A DNA stretch of 20,000 nucleotides, taken from the IMG/VR virus record IMGVR_UViG_3300030406_000618. One strand, written 5' to 3'. Each line of letters starts with the position of its first letter. Position 1 is the first letter of the stretch. Positions 16,368 to 20,000 of the stretch are shown here, one piece after another. Under the pieces are notes generated by a model. That model saw nothing but the letters and a program-made list of their open reading frames with translations. It searched no databases and had not been told where the DNA came from. The stretch is from an uncultured virus (IMG/VR IMGVR_UViG_3300030406_000618) (Duplodnaviria > Heunggongvirae > Uroviricota > Caudoviricetes). Made by a program: the position numbers and the translations under genes.

Positions 16368-16920
16368 TGCTACTAAGATAGTAGCTGGTGATTGGAAAGA
16401 TCTATACCTAGAAAAGAAAGGTCTAAAAGAAAATGAAGATCTATCTTTTGTACTACCAGTACAGCTAGGTATATATACCGAAGATTTCAATAGAGATTGG
16501 TTTGCTGCACAAACAGATATGCCAGTTAAAGAATGTGATTGGACACTCTTACACAATCCAGTAGATAAGAATGGAAGTAAGTGGATGATGGCTAATCTGG
16601 ATGGTTTTGTATTAAACCAAGATCTTAAAACAATAGGTGTCTTTGAAGCAAAGCACGTACACGCATTTACTAAAGATGATTCTATACTAGAAAAATACTA
16701 TGCACAGATACAGCACTATATGATTGTATCTAATTTACCACAAGCATGGTTATCTATTATCTTTGGTAATAATAAATGGAAGTCATTTCATGTACAAGCT
16801 GACAAGAAGTTTCAAAAGAAACTAATCAAAGCAGAGGAAATGTTTTGGCAACATATTATTAATGATGAAGAACCTGCTGATTATGTAGAGTTCAGTTCGA
16901 TAGGAGGAACTAATGACTAA
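16309..16920 (+). CDS. YqaJ/lambda-exonuclease family recombination nuclease
   Basis: 'R..GIGGSD', 'G...E', 'ANLDG', 'FEAK' and 'YYAQIQHYM' motifs. Confidence 0.92.
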   Translation: MNIHKQKKVIDRSQGIGGSDATKIVAGDWKDLYLEKKGLKENEDLSFVLPVQLGIYTEDFNRDWFAAQTDMPVKECDWTLLHNPVDKNGSKWMMANLDGFVLNQDLKTIGVFEAKHVHAFTKDDSILEKYYAQIQHYMIVSNLPQAWLSIIFGNNKWKSFHVQADKKFQKKLIKAEEMFWQHIINDEEPADYVEFSSIGGTND

Positions 16921-17371
16921 CAAAAGATATTGGGATCAACTAAAAACTACTGATCCTAGATTTACTAAGAAGATTAACAAAGGCTTTGGTGAACTAACTA
17001 CCATTGATCCAATGTACCAGATTATGAAGATGACTGAAGTATTCGGTCCATGTGGTATTGGATGGGGATGGGATTGTAAATACACGTACACAGATAGTAT
17101 GGTATTTGCAGAGGTAACTATTTGGTTAGATTGTAAATCACAAAACTACGGACCTGTATCTTCTGTTCAATCATTACACAAAAGTAATGGTAAACTAGAT
17201 GATGAATGTACTAAGAAAGCTATGACTGATGCACTCACTAAAGCATTATCTCATGTTGGTGTAAGTGCAGATGTATTCTTAGGTATGCATGACAACAGTA
17301 AGTATGTTGAAAAAGTCAAAGCAGATATAAAATCTAATGTAGATAAATCGAAAGTTAAGGAGGTTATATGA
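16913..17371 (+). CDS. Sak/Rad52-like single-strand annealing protein
   Basis: 'TTIDPMYQIMKMTEVFGPCGIGWG' and 'KKAMTDALTKALS..G..AD' motifs; follows the exonuclease. Confidence 0.82.
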   Translation: MTNKRYWDQLKTTDPRFTKKINKGFGELTTIDPMYQIMKMTEVFGPCGIGWGWDCKYTYTDSMVFAEVTIWLDCKSQNYGPVSSVQSLHKSNGKLDDECTKKAMTDALTKALSHVGVSADVFLGMHDNSKYVEKVKADIKSNVDKSKVKEVI

Positions 17372-17673
17372 AGTGTATAAGAGCTGGACATTATCAAACA
17401 ACTATAGCTTATGGGCATAGCCTAAACATTATAGTAAATATAGTGAAGGTAACGCCTAGGTTTCAGGACTCTGTTACTAAATGGAGGCTGACCATTGATG
17501 ATACTCTTATCAAGAATCAACATAAATCTGATTGGGATTCTTACGCAACTGCTAAGAGGAAAGCTATTAGAATGTGTGAGAATCTACTAATGAATGACAT
17601 CATTAGAAAGATTGAGAAGGCTTTTCCTAGACCAAAGGTAAAGTCAGATAACCTAGTAGAGTTAAGGAGGTAA
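17368..17673 (+). CDS. Hypothetical protein
   Basis: 101 aa, AGGAGG SD, ATGA overlap. Confidence 0.7.
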   Translation: MKCIRAGHYQTTIAYGHSLNIIVNIVKVTPRFQDSVTKWRLTIDDTLIKNQHKSDWDSYATAKRKAIRMCENLLMNDIIRKIEKAFPRPKVKSDNLVELRR

Positions 17674-17674
17674 T

Positions 17675-18082
17675 ATGATTAACAAAGTAATACTAGTAGG
17701 TAGATTGGGTGTCGATCCAGAGATCAAAGCTACCAGTAAAGGTGATGAATATGCTAACTTTAGTTTAGCTACATCAAAAAAGATCAAGACTAAAGATGGT
17801 ACGTGGCAAGAAAAAACTACTTGGCACAAAATTACTACCTTTGATCCTAATCTAACAAATACTATCAAGAACTATGTATCTAAGGGTACTATGTTATATC
17901 TTGAAGGTGAAATAGATGTATCAGAATATACTGATTCTAATGGTAATAAAAAGTATAATACTTCTATCATTATACCAAGAGTCACTGGTATCATGAAGAT
18001 GTTAGGTGGTAAAGGTGATGCTAAACAAGCACCTGCCAAAGACATCAATGATGATCTACCAGATGATCCAATACCATTTTAG
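17675..18082 (+). CDS. ssb: Single-stranded DNA-binding protein
   Basis: 'INKVILVGRLGVDPE' and 'KTTWH' motifs; acidic tail ending DDPIPF. Confidence 0.95.
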   Translation: MINKVILVGRLGVDPEIKATSKGDEYANFSLATSKKIKTKDGTWQEKTTWHKITTFDPNLTNTIKNYVSKGTMLYLEGEIDVSEYTDSNGNKKYNTSIIIPRVTGIMKMLGGKGDAKQAPAKDINDDLPDDPIPF

Positions 18083-18088
18083 TAAAGT

Positions 18089-18177
18089 TTAGTTGCTTTC
18101 ACCCAGCAGCTAATTGGGTGGTGATACTTTCTTCAAGTGTTATCTCCGCAAAATAACTACTCCTAGTATTGCCACCC
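18089..18177 (+). ncRNA. Hairpin B with anti-SD loop plus an upstream hairpin (candidate antisense sRNA)
   Basis: 13-bp stem 18116-18128/18165-18177 (2 G-U); loop TTCTTCAAGTGTTATCTCCGCAAAATAACTACTCCT; upstream stem 18089-18097/18105-18113. Confidence 0.55.
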
Positions 18178-18182
18178 TATAA

Positions 18183-18431
18183 ATGATAGAAAGAATTATG
18201 GATATGATAATCAAAGGAGAACTAGATCAACTTGTAGATACACTTAATGATTACAGTGTTTATCTCAAACAGTTCGGTTATGACACCGATACTATTTTTG
18301 CAGCATATGCCATCATGGCAGCTTCGCTATCAGGTAAAAAGATCAATAAAAATCAAACTACAGATGCTATTAAAGAACGTATGAAAGAACTTAGTGTTGT
18401 TCAAGCACGTGCTTCTGGTACAATTCACTAG
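18183..18431 (+). CDS. Hypothetical protein (start uncertain)
   Basis: 82 aa; last + strand ORF, converging on the minus-strand genes. Confidence 0.6.
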   Translation: MIERIMDMIIKGELDQLVDTLNDYSVYLKQFGYDTDTIFAAYAIMAASLSGKKINKNQTTDAIKERMKELSVVQARASGTIH

Positions 18432-18681
18432 CATATTCCACTGCATCAAAATTATGATGTTCCCAAAACCTATGTTCTGGTTTATACTTACCCCATGTCA
18501 GCTCTGAATGGTGTTCAAAACACAACGGTACTACAAGTTGATTAGACCTTTTATGTTGAACCTGGCTACCACGTAGATGATGAACATTCATTGGTGTATT
18601 TGACATACAACCTGGAACACAACATCCGTGTTCAATTATTTTCATAAAATATTTTTTTTCTTTAGATGTATATTTTGCCAT
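18391..18681 (-). CDS. HNH-like zinc-binding nuclease (Ref/DUF968-like)
   Basis: 'GCCVPGC', 'VHHLR' and 'VVPLCFEHH' motifs; start 18681 (MAKY) or 18693. Confidence 0.65.
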   Translation of the reverse strand: MAKYTSKEKKYFMKIIEHGCCVPGCMSNTPMNVHHLRGSQVQHKRSNQLVVPLCFEHHSELTWGKYKPEHRFWEHHNFDAVEYASELYQKHVLEQH

Positions 18682-19474
18682 CCCATGAACCATCCTTCTT
18701 CAACAACATTGGAATGATTGAAGGTACACCATTGGTGATGACTCCACAAGATAATATTGGCTTTGCCATGTTTACTTTCATATAAGCCATAGCCATAGAT
18801 TTTTTATCTACAAGACATCCTACACACATACCCCAGTTCAAATGAAAATCATTACCTACATATTCTATATTTGATTGAGTATGATAATGTCCTTGAACTA
18901 CAGAAGCAGACATCATTTGTACTGCCTTTACAATATTTTTACATACTTGATGTGCAAAGTATACTCTACCCATAGGTGTTTCTTCCCAATGAGATTCTTT
19001 CCAAACCCATCCATGACCTACATCTAGTATTTCATTGTAGTCTTTTAGAAAAAATTTAGACATACCTTTTGCCATGGCACGTCTTAGAACCATAGATCCA
19101 TGATTAGATTCTAGTAATGTCATTACAGGAAAGATTGCTTCTAGCTTCTTCATATGATATCTACCGATTTCAAGTTCATCAGCAGGTGAAGGTAGATCTG
19201 GATTAATTATGTGAGAAACATTAATTGAGTGCCAATCCATTTCATCTCCGATATGAATGACATTCGTAGGATTATACTTATTAGCCAGAGCTTCAAGAAA
19301 CCTATAGCTATCAGGGTGGTGATAAGGCACGTGGAGGTCAGAGATGACCAAAATTCTAGCGTTTTTTCCTGTTTTAAGAGCTGTAGAAGGGGTAATTTCA
19401 CCTTTCCTAGGTCTACCCCTACCCCTTTTTATTATCTTTAAATTTACCTGCGACTTTTTCGGCTGATCTTCCAA
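18662..19474 (-). CDS. Calcineurin-like metallophosphoesterase with N-terminal AT-hook
   Basis: 'ISDLH', 'IGDEMD', 'SNH', 'H' and 'GHYH' motifs; N-terminal KRGRGRPRK; TTG start 8 nt after AGGAGG. Confidence 0.85.
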   Translation of the reverse strand: MEDQPKKSQVNLKIIKRGRGRPRKGEITPSTALKTGKNARILVISDLHVPYHHPDSYRFLEALANKYNPTNVIHIGDEMDWHSINVSHIINPDLPSPADELEIGRYHMKKLEAIFPVMTLLESNHGSMVLRRAMAKGMSKFFLKDYNEILDVGHGWVWKESHWEETPMGRVYFAHQVCKNIVKAVQMMSASVVQGHYHTQSNIEYVGNDFHLNWGMCVGCLVDKKSMAMAYMKVNMAKPILSCGVITNGVPSIIPMLLKKDGSWDGKIYI

Positions 19475-19805
19475 CTGTATATCCTCCTATACCAACTAGG
19501 ATAATGTTTAATAGAGAATTTTGTACAGACTCTGGAATGTTTGGTGCAGTAAACCCAAACCAATGGGCTACCATAAGACCAGCAAATACCAACATCATTA
19601 TTGGTCGCCAGTTTCTTTGTAAAAATCCTCCTTGTGCTTCTATTTGAATTGTTTTTGCAGCACCTTCTAGCTCTGCTAGTTCTCCTGCAATGATTTTTTC
19701 TTGTACTTTAGCTTTTAGTTTATCTGCTTCTCCTTTGTTATCAACAACCTTATCTATGGTTTTGAATACAGCTCCTGCTACAGGACCAAGTAAATTAAGC
19801 AACAT
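19419..19805 (-). CDS. Holin (GTA holin 3TM-like)
   Basis: 'LQRNWRP', two TM segments and 'GYTVGRSAEK'; directly after the lysozyme. Confidence 0.8.
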   Translation of the reverse strand: MLLNLLGPVAGAVFKTIDKVVDNKGEADKLKAKVQEKIIAGELAELEGAAKTIQIEAQGGFLQRNWRPIMMLVFAGLMVAHWFGFTAPNIPESVQNSLLNIILVGIGGYTVGRSAEKVAGKFKDNKKG

Positions 19806-20000
19806 CTATCTCCCTCATAGCTAATGCTAATGCTGAAGCTCTATTTGGTGTTTGACGATACCAAAGAGAGTCAATCATTTCGTCAGAAGCATCAGTATAT
19901 CTACCATCACTAAGTGCAGATAACATACCTTTGAATTTAGATACGCCACCTTCACCCATCTGATAGACCATTTCTATTATTATTTCTTTTGCATTTGTAT
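19795..20000 (-). CDS. Endolysin, T4-lysozyme-like (GH24), 3' part
   Basis: Hand-translated ...EMVYQMGEGGVSKF...EMIDSLWYRQTPNRA..., matching T4 lysozyme MVFQMG and SRWYNQTPNRA. Confidence 0.9.
   Translation of the reverse strand, partial: TNAKEIIIEMVYQMGEGGVSKFKGMLSALSDGRYTDASDEMIDSLWYRQTPNRASALALAMREIDVA

Noticed and set aside
11587..19441. Shadow ORFs at 11587, 12857, 13848, 15156, 16063, 16347, 17662, 19207 and 19229
   Set aside because: They overlap better-supported genes and lack SD sequences or motifs.

Overview
AT-rich dsDNA podovirus genome segment with BPP-1/HTVC010P-like (T7-type) morphogenesis genes. A marine alphaproteobacterial host is inferred but not shown. Minus strand 1-10926 is the late operon: small terminase, a cluster of tiny Lys-rich genes, large terminase, portal, scaffold, major capsid, and tail tubular proteins A and B. 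Plus strand 11445-18431 is an early/middle module: small unknown proteins, DUF932, DUF3310, YqaJ-type exonuclease, Sak/Rad52-type annealase and SSB. No DNA polymerase, primase, helicase, RNA polymerase or integrase is recognisable in it. Minus strand 18391-20000 carries a T4-type lysozyme, a holin, an AT-hook metallophosphoesterase and an HNH-like protein, probably the end of the late operon. The most interesting signals are non-coding. There are two large, densely base-paired intergenic elements (about 10979-11422 and 14209-14585) that look like structured RNAs. There are also two related hairpins (15414-15458 and 18116-18177) whose loops are complementary to the Shine-Dalgarno/start-codon regions of the first genes of two early transcription units, suggesting phage-encoded antisense shut-off. 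All structures and family assignments were made by eye, with no folding or database search.
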